64,000 nt of DNA, taken from Podarcis filfolensis (lineage: Eukaryota). Under the pieces are notes generated by a model. The model was not told the origin of the DNA and ran no database searches. It worked only from the letters and a program-made list of their open reading frames with translations. Below are positions 21,462 through 35,819 of the stretch, in pieces (the stretch's first letter is position 1; every line of letters begins with the position of its first letter). The DNA lies in NCBI GenBank assembly GCA_964270895.1, contig OZ185439.1. The stretch is one strand, 5' to 3'. The position numbers and the translations under genes are program-made.

Positions 21462-21947
21462 CTGAAAGGATCCATTGTGCAGATGGCCCTTCTAATCTTG
21501 GCTCATTGCTTATGAACTATCAACAGTGATCACATTAGAATGAACAGCATGCAGGTGGGTGTAGTATCTACAGCTATCCGTCATCCTTCCAGAAGAGAAG
21601 AGGCTGATGGTTTTGAACGTTTTCATTAATTTAACAGCTACTGAAAATTTCCATTAATAAACTGAGTTCCCAATTATTTGATTATTGCACATTGTATGAT
21701 AAAATGAAAGCGGCACCCTAGTAATAATATAACTAGTTATTTGAAGGTAATTACTGGGCTACAAATATGAAATGTGTCCAGCATTATGAAAGCCAGCTGA
21801 AGCTTCTGCATAGCTTAATCCCAGCAAGCAAATGACACCCACCCACCAGCGTTATATTGTGGCCTGTCAGGTGCTTGATTATCCATTGTCTCCCAAGGCA
21901 GACGGATGCCAACAGCAAGAGGAGCAGCAAAAATTCTGTATTCAGTA

Positions 21948-22478
21948 CCGTATTTTTCACTCTATAAGACGCACTTTTTCCCTCCTAAAAAGTAAGGGGA
22001 AATGTGTGTGCGTCTTATTGAGAGAATGCAGGCTGCACAGCTATCCCAGAAGCCAGAACAGCAAGAGGGATCACTGCGCTCCCTCTCGCTGTTCTAGCTT
22101 CTGGCTTAGCGTGCTGTGTCCCTTCCCCCACCTCCCGCAAAAGCCAGCAATAGCCGCGCTCCCTTTAAAGAGCGCGTGGCTCTTGCTGGCTTTTGCAGGA
22201 GGTGGGGGAAGGGACAGAGCGTGCGGTTCCTGCCTCTTCGCTCAAGAGGCTTTGCATTGCTTTCGCTGAAGCCAGAAGAGCAAGAGGGATCGGTGTGCAC
22301 CGATCCCTCTTGTTCTTCTGGCTTCCGGGATAGCCACACAAAGCCTCTTGAGTGAGGTGGAAGTGCTCCTGCCTCTTCGCTCAAGAGGCTTTGCATTGCT
22401 TTCTTGTTTCTTTTTTTTCTCCTCTAAAAACTAGGTGCGTCTTATGGTCGGGTGCGTCTTATAGGGCGAAAAATGCGG
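21948..22478. mobile_element. Tc1/mariner Tc2-like MITE
   Basis: TA|CCGTATTTTTCACTCTATAAGACGCAC ... GTGCGTCTTATAGGGCGAAAAATGCGG inverted termini; internal duplicated and inverted GC-rich blocks. Confidence 0.85.
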
Positions 22479-22617
22479 GGATATGCTTATTTTGATGCCA
22501 TGGTACAAACAGATAATAATTCTTTCTTCAAGAAAGAGAGAGCTTTTCATTTAGCTAACAGGAAATAGAAGGCTTCTTTGTGGTAAGAGAAAATGGGCAC
22601 TCCTATTTCCGCCTCAT

Positions 22618-22972
22618 GGGACGTGGGTGGCGCTGTGGTCTAAACCTGATCAGGGCTTGCTGATCATAAGGTCGGCGGTTCAAATCCCCATGACGGGGCG
22701 AGCTCCCGTTGCTCGGTCCCTGCTCCTGCCAACCTAGCAGTTTGAAAGCACGTCAAAGTGCAAGTAGATAAATAGGTACCGCTCTGGCGGGAAGGTAAAC
22801 GGTGTTTCCGTGTGCTGCTCTGGTTCGCCAGAAGCGGCTTAGTCATGCTGCCACATGACCTAGAAGCTGTCTGCGGACAAACGCTGGTTCCCTTGGCCTA
22901 TAGAGCGAGATGAGCGCGCAACCCCAGAGTCGTCCGTGACTGGACCTAACGGTCAGGGGTACCTTTACCTTT
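22618..22972 (+). mobile_element. Sauria SINE
   Basis: tRNA-like head (GGTGGCGCTGTGG A-box, GGTTCAAATCC B-box), CCTAGCAGTTTGAAAGCAC core and (ACCTTT)n tail. Confidence 0.9.
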
Positions 22973-24640
22973 ATTTCCTCTTCAATAAGGCTGGATGAGT
23001 ACCTCACATAATTGCTCTACAAACCAACCCCTTTCATGTCCTCATTTGGTTTGGTGCTCTTGAGAGGCAAGAGGCTTTCCAAAGGCCACCTAAGCTCTTT
23101 TTAGATGTTATAGTAGAGCCAAGTTAACATATTGCAGGTGGGGAGCACCAGTATTGAGGCAAATTCCTCTCCAAACCAATGCTCACTCTTTGGAACATCT
23201 GTGGAAAGCATGTCTATGCATAGGGATCTCTACATCTTTTAATCATCACATCTAGGTATGTGGAGGAGCTTTCTATTACAGTTCTGCCTCTTCCCCCATC
23301 ATATTGTGCACCCATTCAGCCCTAACAAACATCTGAGGAGTGTAAGTGTGAAGCCATATGAAGGCTGACTTTATAAGTTGTTTGAGGTTCAGCATGGTAG
23401 CTACTAATAATATTGAACATGGAGGCCTTTCCTTATGTGAAGTGCATAGATACACATAGGTGCAGCAGTTTTAACCATGCCAACATACCCCCTCATAGTC
23501 ATAGAAAGGCATCCACACAGTTCTGTTTTTAGTAGCTAGTGACTGTGCTGCTGTAGTAACATATGAAGTGGTCTTCATGAGCCAACAGTGAGGAAAGAAC
23601 ATAATATTATATTGGTTTGTTACTGAACTTGTATTTTTTGTTACCAGACTCATAATTTGGGAACACTGAGATTTCCTCTAAACTCAAACCCATCACAATC
23701 AGATAAATTAATTCCATACTTAAACTATATACTTAAAGTAGTCAAGGTCTGGAAATGTTTTTTCTCGTGCAGTACATGTGAATACAGTTTCCCCCCACCT
23801 CTTTTTACCACCCACTGCAAGTAGCTAAATCCATTTTCAAACCTCATGGCTCTGGCCCAGATTATTAAATGAAGATCAGAAATCCAAGAATCATTATGCC
23901 AATATAATAAAGAAACCAGAAACTGAAAAGCTTATGAAAGTTAGGATGAATTTTAAAAATGACAAATAAAATATTTTGAATAGCAAATAATTTATGCAAA
24001 ATATGTTACAAAATCTAGGATGCTAAATAAATAATACAGTGTACTCTTTTTTGACATTTTGTATTCCCATATTTCTTTTTAACAATATTCCGAAGGTAAT
24101 TTTTCCCCAATAATAGTTGCTTTATACAAATGGTGGATTTCATAGTTTTTAATTTTCTTTCATGAAGTTACTGTAAAATATTTGGGAGAAGTATTGAAAA
24201 AAATAGATTTGTGGTTAAATAATTTCTCTTTATTTATATATAAAAAGAAGATATTTGTTACTACTGTATGAAACGTTTTGCCCTAACCTTTTGGAAAACC
24301 CAGGTAATCCTGAATACTTATCCCTAGTCAGAACCCCAGAGGATGAATCTTTTAACTTATGTAACCTTCCATATTTTTAAAGTAATTGTACTGTAACCTC
24401 TGTTGCTATAGCCCAGTATTGTTATTGAAGCTAAAATATGAAGATTTCCTTCTCAAAAACCAGTAATTGTGTGGCAATCAGTAGGTTCTGTATGAACAGC
24501 TAGAATTCATGACCAATTTATTTAGATTTTAGACATCTTAAATATTTAAATATTATTTAGAGATCTTTCTCTATAATTGGTTCTGTGATACAATAAAACA
24601 TTTCTTACTTTTTGGTCAATATCTTTCCTTATTAAGTTAC

Positions 24641-24751
24641 CTGTAAATATAGAGGAGAGGGGGATAATCTCATTATGGTTTCAGGGGCTTTCTTTTTGTC
24701 GGACTTATTTTTGTCATCTTTAACTGAATATGGAGGTAAAGTAGCTGTAAC
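24641..24751 (-). CDS. Candidate coding exon (VTATLPPYSVKDDKNKSDKKKAPETIMRLSPSPLYLQ)
   Basis: CCTACAG acceptor and CAG|GTAACT donor; 111 nt, phase 0-0, open frame. Confidence 0.55.
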
Positions 24752-26441
24752 CTGTAGGCAATCATGAGCACAGATCCAAACTGGGGGCTGGTTTCTGCAT
24801 TAGCTTAAAGTAGGATCCAACTGCAAGAAGGTTGGATGGTGGCTGCATAAATGCCTCCTATCACACTTGTTAGGCAATGAGATAATGCGGGTTCTGCGTG
24901 TAAAGGGCACATCCATATTTAGTTCCAATTCATATAATCTTTCCCACTTGGCCACAGCTGTGTGTGTGTGTCAGATGATGTCAATCAAATCTAAAAGCAA
25001 ATGAGCCTGTGCATGGAACATTCAGGTTATATGCATGTTGCACAATACGTACAAAGGTGCAAATATGCATGTTGGAAGGGTAGGAGGCTAGGTAATGTGT
25101 GAACCTGCCCTTAGAATCCATTTCTGTGGCTGTGCCAAATAAGGATCTGTGCCCTTGAAAACTGTTTGGAGGATTAATTTACTACCTTTTCATTCAGTCA
25201 GAGATAACCCCTAAAAAGGGCAACATGACTGAACCCTATCCCCAAAAGGATATGTGTGACTTGTCTCTACATTTTATTCTCCATCTGTAATTTGTTATGT
25301 CCAAATGGCATTTCCAAAAGCCAACATTCAGGCCTCTTTAGATAACTTTTTATATGCATTGTACTATGCATCCCAAAACTTATTTTTAATTGTAAAACCA
25401 GGGAATTGGCTTATTGGCTAATTTTCAGGACGAAACAGCCATAAAAGCATACTGCTGGTGCTTGTGCTGATTGAATACTTGAAGAATTAAAATACATCTA
25501 ATTGTCATGGCTACCTGGTTGCTTTATCTGAATTACTTAGAAACTAACTAAAACTGCATCCTGGTCAGACATTAACTGAATGTAACTTTGTTGCTTTGGT
25601 TACTTCCTTTGTCATCAATGCTCTTATTCTCTGTGGTGTGTTTCTCTGTTTTTTGATGCAGTACTACATGAAGGAATAGGACAATGAGTCATTCATTCAC
25701 AGATGCATTGATAAAATATCCCTCTTTATCATTACATTTCATTGCTTTACAAACCAGGCTGCAATACAAGGCAACAGTTAATTCTGAGAACTGTTTTAAA
25801 AAAAATTTGATTCTTTTTTTAATAGGGGGAAAAATTGTCTCTGTAATCTTGTACAATCCACCCCTCCATTTGGTTAATGGATTATTTCTGGAACAAATAG
25901 ATAGAATTTCCTGCACAGTCAGTGTGATAACAGTTGTGCAGATTTTGCACAGCACAGAATTTCAGAGTGAAGTTTTCTTTCTGGGCACAAAAGCAGTAAC
26001 AAAACAGTTTCTACAAAACTGAGAAACTCTGAATATAACACAAGATAAAACTTTTGTTAATTTAAAATTTTAGAAACTGAAATTTGCAAAGTAAAATGTA
26101 ATTAAATCATGGTCCTGTACATACCAGTACATCTCAGTATATTGAAACTTTACAATATGAAAAAATACATTAGATCTGTACAGTTTTGTTTTTTTACAGG
26201 TAGGTAGGATGAGTTTTGAAAAAAGATTTATTTTAAGGATTGTACTCTGTTTTTAAAGTCAAAAAATACTGCACAACTTAGCTAATTATAAATTGTAGAC
26301 ATCAAACAATCTGTATCTGAATGTGTAAATTTCAACAGAACAGGAATTTTGGAATCCATTACTGAAGAAATCTTCATTTCATCCTTCATGTGAAAAAAAA
26401 ATGGTGGCAACCCTTGGCTGTATTTCAGGCCACTGAATGTA

Positions 26442-26630
26442 TCACTGATTCCGTGCTACTGTTGTGATTGTGCTCAGATCCAAATCAGTCTCTAAGTGTG
26501 TTTCCATTGTTTCTTCCTGTGCATTAGATTCATAGGGCTTATGAGCAAGAAGTTCATGGTGTACACCACAGTAACTTATTGTAGGCTGGTCATATGCAAG
26601 AAATGTTGACACGTTCATAGATAAAGGTAT
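26442..26630 (-). CDS. Candidate coding exon, possibly an alternative terminal exon ([34 protein letters not shown]...VARNQ*)
   Basis: Acceptor TATTTATTTCCACCTCTAG, 62 open codons, AATAAA at 26232-26227 downstream. Confidence 0.5.
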   Translation of the reverse strand: MPLSMNVSTFLAYDQPTISYCGVHHELLAHKPYESNAQEETMETHLETDLDLSTITTVARNQ

Positions 26631-27402
26631 CTAGAGGTGGAAATAAATATGAAAAGTAGTTAGTAAAGAGGCAGTTGAGCACTAAACTAGATGTAATATT
26701 GAAAGACCATGATTGCATTTTCTGCTTTTTTTTACAGCTTCATTAGCAGCTACAGAAGGGAGGTGGGGGAGATTCGAATAGAATTGTGATGCTGGGGAGA
26801 AGGGTTTTTTTTCTGTTTCCCCTCCACATTCTATACTATCTATTAAATATCTGTTTTTCACATAAAAGAACTCTTAACTAGGAAAAAAACCAAGCCGTCT
26901 CTCTCCCTCCCATCTATTTTTAATTTCATTATCGATTTGATATTCCATTGTAGACTACTTGGTCTCTAAATCTATTATCCCACAAATATTATCCCACAAT
27001 GGTAAAATGTGGACATTTCTTTCATAAATGTAGTCATCTCCCACAAAGACTAATGGTAGTTTAGCCAGACTTAATTTATTTCAGCTAATGGTATTTCATC
27101 ATCATTAATCTGTAATAGATTGTTTGAATACATCAATTACACAAATGTTTCACCAATCTATGAACCACTTAATACAGTTTTCAAATTAATACATTTTTAC
27201 CATTGTTACAGCCAGAAATACGTTTTTCTTTTATTCCTATATATATTATTTTATTCCATTTCCCCCAAAATATTTTTTCCCTGGACTGTTTTCATAATAG
27301 TAATCATCTCCTCCACTCTAATTGCTGTTTGCCTGATGGGACAAATAATTTTTCATTAGGAAAATTAGATAGAGGGTAGGGTTAACTTCACTTTCCAAAT
27401 AC

Positions 27403-27451
27403 CATGGTCCTCATTGCATCACACACTCCTTGCGTGGTGGCTGCTATTAAT
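27403..27451 (-). CDS. Candidate coding exon (LIAATTQGVCDAMRTM)
   Basis: Phase 2 to 0 links 30241-30332 to 26630; donor ATG|GTATTT. Confidence 0.45.
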
Positions 27452-27989
27452 CTTTATTAGAAAATAACAACAGCAGGAGGATGATCACAGCTCTCCTGTC
27501 ATTTCTCATTTCATAGTTACCATTCTATTTAATAAAGACTTCTAGAGTCCATGCGCCACTCATAGTGGCTTATAGCAATTAAAAAACTTTTTATATATTA
27601 TATTAGCATGGTTGTTTGTGAAAAGGCGTAAGTGAAAGTGATGATGAATACCTATAGAGTGCTACAGTGTAAGAATGCCTATAATGACGAAGCTTGGCCT
27701 TAAACAAATACACAATGCATAATGTGTCTTTTAGCTACCCTGTCAAAAAGCTCAGCTAAGAGGCAAGTCTTTATTTTTTTATTAGTTGTCATAACAATCA
27801 TGTGAGAGGTATCAGACTGTGAGGCCTTGAATTAGGAACTGTTAAAAAGCATAGAATCGTAACTCTGGAATTCTAACAAATGCTGGTGGGGTATAGCAAT
27901 GGCTATGCTACTCCAGCATTTGATAGAATAATTCCAGTGAAAATCTCATTTAACTCAAGAAGAGAGTGAATATGCTTAAGGTTATGCTG

Positions 27990-28195
27990 TGAGCTAGACA
28001 GTTATTGGCTCAAATCTTACCTCATCGCTAGAAGGCCTTGGGCAGGCCTCAGTTCTCTCAGCCTCAGCACTCCCTCTCCAGCAGCAATACAATTGAATTA
28101 CTGACTTACCTCACATTTTGGGGGGAGGCTTGTGAAAATAATGTATGTGAAGCAGTTTGAACACTAAAGAAAAGCTATATAAATGCTAAGTATCG
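27990..28195 (+). mobile_element. Old CORE/MIR-like SINE fragment
   Basis: CCTTGGGCA...TCTCTCAGCCTCAG core-like motif and TATATAAATGCTAAGTAT tail. Confidence 0.45.
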
Positions 28196-29012
28196 CCAAA
28201 CCCAGTGCCCAATCCAAGCATCTCCTCTCCCCCAACTCAGATCAGCATATTTAAGCAGAGCATAAGAAGAAATCAGGTGAACTATCCCAAATGACTCAAG
28301 TTGCACACACCAGGGAAATCAGAAAGTAGAAAAAACTCCAGAGTTACTCAGCTAGTTTGATCCTAAGCAGTAAGCAAAACCCACCTACAGAGTCTTCTTA
28401 AAGAAAAAATTGCTGAAAAACAAGTCCGGCCATTCAACAAGCAAATGAAGAACACGTCACTTAGCGACGATAGAGAATGGTCTCCTTTGGCTATAAAGGA
28501 AGAGTCGGAGACCTCTAGCTGCTAATTAGTTGAGAAACTCTTGTCTCACTATCCACCCCCACATTATGAAATACTTTCATTTGACATATGATGTATGTAA
28601 GCTTTTTGTGGCAGCAGATAATGACCTTTTATGAGACCAAGCTGTGTTGCTGAAATGGCAAGCAAAGGAACTGAGATTTTTTTTGGAAAACTAAAATATA
28701 AATCAGAGAATGCCAAAAAGTCGTGATACTTCATTATATGAGAACAAAGAAGCTCGCTGATTCTAAAAAGAGCTGAATAAATGTATGAAATGTGATTTTG
28801 GTTCTAATGGTAGAGATATGGGTGAGCCATTAGGGTAAGGGAAGAAGTTCCTAGCAGCTTCACCTTCATAGATGTTGAAAGGACCAATATCTAGTGCCAT
28901 TCTGTGATACCAAACTACCAACAGAAGGACTCATAAACCAGACTCAGGTGCTCCAACAAGCAGGAATCAGTCATAGAATAGTGACTGTGCCTACAACACA
29001 AATAGCTATCAA

Positions 29013-29400
29013 TAAGAACATAAGAGCCCTGCAGGATTAGACAAGAGGGTCACCTAGTCCAGCATCATGTTCCCACACTGGCCAAGTAGATCCCTATGGA
29101 AACAATCAGGATATGAGAGCAATAGCTCCTTCATGCTTGGATGCGCCAACTGGTGGTATTCAGAGGATACTACCTCTGATACTAGAACTAACATATAGCC
29201 ACTGTAACTAATAGCCAGTGATTAGACAAATTCAATGAGGAAAAGTATCACACACACCCATTTAAAGCCATCAATATATATTGTGGTAGCAAATTACATG
29301 GCTTAGGTATGTGCTATGTGAAGAAGCACTTCCTATTGTCTGTCCTGAATCTCCAATTCACCTTCATTGTGTGGCCCTGGGTTCTCCTATTATGAGAGAA
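29013..29400 (-). mobile_element. CR1 3' fragment
   Basis: AAGAACATAAGA...CTAGTCCAGCAT signature of CR1 3' ends. Confidence 0.6.
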
Positions 29401-29854
29401 GGAGAAAAACTCCCCCCATCCACTTTCTCAACATCATACAGATGATTCAAGAAAGTCAGTGAGCTATAGTCTTCAAGTGGCTCCCATACAAATAAAGTAC
29501 CTCTGTCTTCAACAGCTCTTCTTAACATGAATCTTCATAATAAGCGTTGCATCATTTCCCAGTACATGGTGGGGAGGCATATCATACAGCCACCTTGCTA
29601 AATCTAAGGAGATCAAAGTCAACTCAGTGCCTGGATGGTGGGGGAACAGCTGGGAATCCCACACAGCAAGAGTGGAGATCCTGTGGCCCTCCAGATGTTG
29701 TTGGATTCCAACCTCCACCAGCTCCAGACAGCACAGGATGACTGGAGATGTAGTCCGAAAGTGCCTGGAGGACCACAGGTTTCCCCTTTCTGACTTACAG
29801 GCTGTGGAAGACAAACAGAATATAAATGCAATAAGCAAAGAAACCTATGTAGTA

Positions 29855-30095
29855 CAGTGGTACCTCGGGTTACAGACGCTTCAGGTTACATACGCTTCAG
29901 GTTACAGACTCCGCTAACCCAGAAATAGTACCTCGGGTTAAGAACTTTGCTTCAGGATAAGAACAGAAATCGTGCTCCGGCGGTGCGGCGGCAGCAGGAG
30001 GCCCCATTAGCTAAAGTGGTGCTTCAGGTTAAGAACAGTTTCAGGATAAGAATGGACCTCCAGAACGAATTAAGTTCTTAACCGAGGTACCACTG
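29855..30095. mobile_element. Tigger-like MITE
   Basis: TA|CAGTGGTACCTCGG ... CCGAGGTACCACTG|TA; internal repeated (C/T)TTCAGGTTA units. Confidence 0.92.
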
Positions 30096-30240
30096 TATTT
30101 CCAGTCATAAAGTAATCTGCCTATTCCACCATTTCCATTTAAATGTTATAAATTTACATTCACAGACAGCTTTATCCTTTTGTTTTGTGGTATCAGCTGA
30201 TATGCTGGGCATACTTGTGCATTGTTCAGACATCATCCAC

Positions 30241-30332
30241 CTTGCAAAAGCATAGCCGTCAGGATTTAACTGACTGCATATTTTGCAAAAGTACGGCCGC
30301 GCCAATGTAGTGGTCTCACCGTGGTGCTTATC
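30241..30332 (-). CDS. Candidate coding exon (DKHHGETTTLARPYFCKICSQLNPDGYAFA-R)
   Basis: Acceptor CTCCCTCACCAG and donor AAG|GTGGAT; phase 0 to 2, compatible with the next candidate exon. Confidence 0.45.
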
Positions 30333-33194
30333 CTGGTGAGGGAGCTGATGAGACAGGAGTGGAACTCTAGACATGGATGGAATCTAGATGGATGGAAGAG
30401 GTTCTATACTTCTTTGCTGTAGTAATGCTGCTTTCCTTTTTTTCACATTATACTACACAATTTTTGTGCCCCAAGGGAGGGTTAGGTTCTTCATTTGTGG
30501 GACAAGGTGGGTCAAGTAATAGTTTTCATGAGACTAATGCCTGCTGTAGGCAAGATGAGCTTAATGAAGGATTAAGTGTTTTGAAAGCTATTTCACTTGG
30601 TTTAATTATCACTGAATAGTCCTTCATTTGGGAGCACTAACTGAACATTCTAACTTCCGATATTCCCTGTAAAGCTCCAAAGTTTGGCATATCTTAGTAA
30701 ATGAGATCTCTTGGGCCACATGTTTTACTTCCTGTATTCCAAGGCCATTATGATAACATCCCTGCAGTACATACGTTTCATTTCAGTATATGTTTCCTAA
30801 TAGAAGACAACAGCTCATTTCATCACAGTGGAAGCTGTGGCCTCAGCATGTTGCAAATCAACATCAGCTGTGTTCTCAACTGTGTTGGTATGTGAGAATT
30901 TTATTAACATTACAGAAGCCATGGCTCCTCTCAGAGGGGAACATATTAAGCATTGTTTTGGACAAGATGAAGAAACTCAGGGATTGGGACTGTGGTGGCT
31001 GGAGCTCACTGGAAGCAGCAATAAGAGGAGGCAGAACCGATGACAGGCAGAAACAACTAATTTTAGTTTTGTCCACATCCTTGCAGAGTTCTACAGGGGC
31101 AACATTGAGACTGAGGAAGATTAAGCTAACAGGCAGGGCTACTCCCTTGACTGGTTGTAAATGAGAAGGCAGGCAGGTGAGAGCTGATGGAAGTTACTGG
31201 GATAGTGCTCCAGCCATCTAACGGACTAGCCTCCACTGTCTGTTTCCTGTTCACCCCACTCATTTGCACATTCAAAATGCGCTTCACGGCAAGGATTTTT
31301 CCAGCTTTGCTACCAGAGCCTTTAACAGTGATGTAGAGGCTCCGTCTGTGACCTCCAACATACATCACTGTGTTTTTATTAAGTTGGGAGCCAGCCAGAG
31401 TGGCTGGGGCAACCCAGTCAGATGGGCAGGGTATAAGTAATAAATGAAAATTATTGTTGTTATGCTGCAAGCATATGTTCTATCACTGAGGGCAATGACC
31501 TGTTTATTGAGTGTTAATTCTGATTTGTTTGCAGGGAGATTAGATGACCGCTATTTAGTGAACATTCATTCTGATATGTTTGTAGGGGAGGTCAAAGCAA
31601 GTATCATCCCACACCTTCCAGTGCATTTTCATGCCCCTTTGCAAAATATGTGATCTTTTGGCGAAGTGGGTTTGTTGTGCAAGACCTCCCAATAATTATG
31701 CATCCTGAATTTGCAAGTATGTGATTGAATCCCACCTGGAAATAGAAATAGTCTGGAAGAATCCTGAGTTAGTGGTAGCCCAAATAACATTTTCCTACTA
31801 CTGGCTAGAACAAAATTATTGGATTTTTCTTCCTAGCAAGTTGTGTTAAGATGAACATCTTGTAAACTTTATTACTGTTGTTGTTTTTTAAAACCAATAC
31901 ATTCTGATTTATGTCATCATTTACCACTAAGATGCACATATGGATTGTGCTTTGTTTGTGTATATTAAGGAAACATTAATTTTGCAAAGTATGTTGTCCT
32001 AGAATTAAAATTGTCACACATTCAGTCCACATTATAGGATGCAGTGCAGGAGTTTGTTATTAGTCATATAAACTATGTTTGTAGGGTTTTTGTGATCTGT
32101 AATAAAGAAACCATCTGGAATGTAAAGGATCCTCATATTCTTGGCATTCAAAAATATAATTTGGAACTTTTGAAAAACATATGTCTATAGAACCGTCTGT
32201 TTCTGATGGAATACATATGAAATGTTAAGACCAGGCAGAGTGGTTAACTTATAGTGCCTAAAAAGTAGGCACATTGAGAAGTCTGTGTCGTCAGACTGTA
32301 AGTTATAAATAAAGCAAGCTTTAAAATTGAATACTAAATCCCATTAGAGATATGTATATTCTTTTTCATTTTATCTTTTATTCTCCTGTGCAATGAATCC
32401 AAAATGCTTATTGGGAGTAAAATTTCTATAGTGTACTGTGTATGAATAGCGATCCATATCTGTTTACTCATGAAAATTCATGAACCAGAATCCATGATTT
32501 CTGGTTATGAAAAACTTTGTTTTCTTGGATTAAGGGTTGAGGAGATGGAGGGGACTAAGTGCAGATGTGAAGCATGGAGCCGAGTGTGGTGCTTGATTTA
32601 AATGCAACTGCAATTTTCATTCAAACTTTTTTTTGTAATTATGTGTTTTCATGTTTTAAACCACCCTGTGATCTGTAGATGAAGGGCAGTATATAAATTT
32701 ATTATTATTATTTTTTTATTTAATCACTGTTCATTTATAAAAATAATTATGTGCTATCCTAAATAATAACACTATCATCCACTATGAAGCTAAGAATGAC
32801 AGTGGCAGGAATGTAACAAATCATTTAAAACATGAGCCAATCAAAACACATGAAATTAGTATAGAATACAGTCTCAATATCAGGATTCCTGTTTGGGACA
32901 AGTCCTTAAGCAAAAGGCCTCAATTAACAATTAAAGAAAGTCCAAGAATTGTTATGTGTTCAAAGGTAACGCCTAATAAACTTAAGCAAAAGTAGAAGGG
33001 AAGCCCTTTTCAAGCAGAATGCTTTAGTTCTGTGCCGTCTGGTGTAAAGCTGTATTTATTATGAATAATTTCACTTCAAGAGATGAAGCAAACAGTAAAG
33101 TGAAGCAGTAAAGCAGTAAAGTGTTAACTGGAAACATCAGTAGGAGAAGTTGGTTGTTAAGGACTCTACATTCTGTAATAAACTAGGAATTTTC

Positions 33195-33350
33195 TACATA
33201 ATTGGAAATAGTATACCTCTGAATATCAGTTGCTGGGGAATATGAATGGGTAGAGTGTTGTTGTGCTCATGACCTGCTTGTGGGCTTCCCAAAGGCATCA
33301 TTGAGAGAACAGGATGCTGGACTAGCTGGGACATTGGTCTGATCCTTTCC
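33195..33350 (+). mobile_element. CR1 3' end fragment
   Basis: GATGCTGGACTAG...GGTCTGATCC signature. Confidence 0.55.
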
Positions 33351-34140
33351 ATATATAGTAGGAGAGAATGGGATGTTAACATAGTGACACATTTCTTTAA
33401 CTCTGATATACATGAACAAGGTAATAATAATGATGCTTATGAAAATGGCATGGGATTATTACAGCCTGTCAAAGTGGGAGCTGGGCTTCCCTGTGGTTAT
33501 CTAGTTAATTCATAAGGGAGGTACAAGTTCCTCTCCTTTTCCTGCCAGATCATTTTTGTGTATATTATATAGCTGAAAGCAGATCTTCCCATCTCTTCCC
33601 AGTCAGCATAATGTGACATCTATGATGGTGTGTTGCTAAATGAAATGAATGTGCAAAGGATAGGGAAGGAAAACCGGAGGAAGTCTAACTAAGCAGCCTG
33701 TCTTCAAATTTGCTTTTAGAAGGAGACATATTTTGCTGTGACAGAGATAGGCAGAGCTTTTAAAGAACTGACTGAAAATGCAATCCAATGCATGTCTACT
33801 CTGAAGTAAAATCTATTAGGTTCAATGAAATTTACTCCAAGATATCTTTGTATAGGATTGCAGTCCAAAGCTGGTTTTTGTCTTTAGAAATCATCCACTG
33901 CTTGCTATTTATGTTAATATTGTCATTTTATTATTATGCCTTTATTATATTATTTGAGAACTCAGTGAGCAAGAAATGGTGGTATACATACTCATATTTG
34001 TCCCATGAATTACTGTTGGTTGCCTTTACCCTTCAGAATGAAAGGATTTAACAGAACTGTAGATGTCCATCTTGTCGGTCTGTGTCAAAGTCCTTGATTT
34101 TTAATTTTTCACTTTGTGCTGTAGATGTGCAAAACATGCA

Positions 34141-34142
<2 letters not shown>

Positions 34143-34171
<29 letters not shown>

Positions 34172-34172
34172 T
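34143..34172. repeat. (ATGT)n microsatellite
   Basis: Direct reading. Confidence 0.9.
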
Positions 34173-35642
34173 GTTCAATCTTTTTTGGTTTATAAACAAA
34201 ACATCCATTCACCTTGAAACACCGATACACAAAAGCATTTTTCCCCTTTTGTATTGGTAGTGGTTTGGTTTATTTATTTATTGTTATCTATTGCTACAGT
34301 TATATCCCACATTTCCTGCAAACAGCCCAGGTGGCATATCTGATTCTCTCCTCTCCCATTTATTCTCCCAACATCCCTGTGAGGTAGGTTAGGCTGAGAG
34401 CATACTCAGTCCCTTGCTAGTACTGTCATGCAGCAGGTGGAGTGACCTGCTTCATTTGGCAACCTGATTGAGGGTAGAGGGGAGTGGAATAACATGAAGG
34501 CAGGAACTGGTGTGTGAGAAGTAAAGCGAAATGTTTTAAAGGGTTGATTCTTCTTGGGCTCTGCTTCAAGAAGCACAATTGGGGCCAGCACTAGAAAGAG
34601 GATCGTATCAGAATTGTTAATATGAATAACAGGAAGAATGAAAATGGGGTCTTCACAGAAAGTGATTGAGAGATTTAAAGAGCAGTGCAGGGTTGTTGGC
34701 CTTTCAGACAGTCCCAAACTGCACTATGAAGCAGCACCAACAGGTCTGAAGTTTGAAGTCCAATCATGCATACGTAACCTAAATGCATAGAGTTTGTACA
34801 CAGGCAGACTTCATGCACAAAGCATACCCAACTCCATGCATTGATTGCGTATTGATTATATTCAGTTTTTAGAATGTTTGGTTAGTGATTCCCTGGTAAA
34901 GTGATTCCCTAGTAACAGACTTTATGGATCTTGAAAATAAAATGAGATATATATTTTATTATACAAACGTAATAAAATGATAGAATAAGTTATATATATA
35001 TAACCTACTGAGAAGTTGGCGCTGATTGCTCCTGCCTCTCTTCATATTCCTAACCAACTTTTGTTTCATTTATATTTGCTTCTTCCTCCCCATCCCCTTC
35101 TGCTACAATTTTCCATCCCCTTGTTTTCAATGTGATTTTCTTGTTTGTTTGCCTTATTTTCATACAAAGTATTCTGTTAACACAAATTGCAAGTTAGCAA
35201 TAGTTGTTCTCTGCCCCTCCTAACCCCTACTCTTCAATCTCTCTCACACTAATTCATATACTTAGGCTTTTGGGCACTACTGATGGGCGCTTATTATTGA
35301 TCACCCTTATTTAGGGCAGGATCAATCAATGCTTTTAATATTGGAAGGTTCAGTAAAACATACAGTGTGAATTCCTCCAAGGCTAAACAGGAAAAGCAGT
35401 TTTTCCTTCAGACTTCGCAGGTGTGGGCTGTTCAGTCATAGCATGTACAGCTCACTCCCCCAGGAGCCTTCACTAAGAATCTTCTGAAGAGCTGGAGGAA
35501 AGGTAAGCATTCCACTGTTAACAGTTGGCTTATTTTGTATCCCTGGAGAGCCCACTTTAGTCAGATTTTTGCTGCCCTTCTTCTTGCCGAAGCAGAAGTA
35601 ACATATGGCCCCATATCTTCTTAAGCCTGCACGTTGTTACAC

Positions 35643-35819
35643 CTCCATTTGGAAACCAGACAAAATATTACACAATCTGGCTTTAAATGCTAGACACGGC
35701 ATTGCCCATATTTCAGTTGCAACTGTTAGTGAGGAGACATTTAACACTGCATCTCTCAAGACAGATGAGAATTTTACAGGATGCTGCTGCTTTATGTAAT
35801 TAAAATATGTGCCTCCATG
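35643..35819 (-). CDS. Candidate coding exon (HGGTYFNYIKQQHPVKFSSVLRD...NILSGFQME)
   Basis: Strong acceptor CTTCTTGTTATTTCCAG and 59 open codons; weak donor GAG|GTGTAA. Confidence 0.4.

Noticed and set aside
31444-31653. PHLPVHFH stretch recalling a vertebrate protein segment
   Set aside because: A short match is expected by chance; the paralogous copy at ~61270 does not keep the frame.
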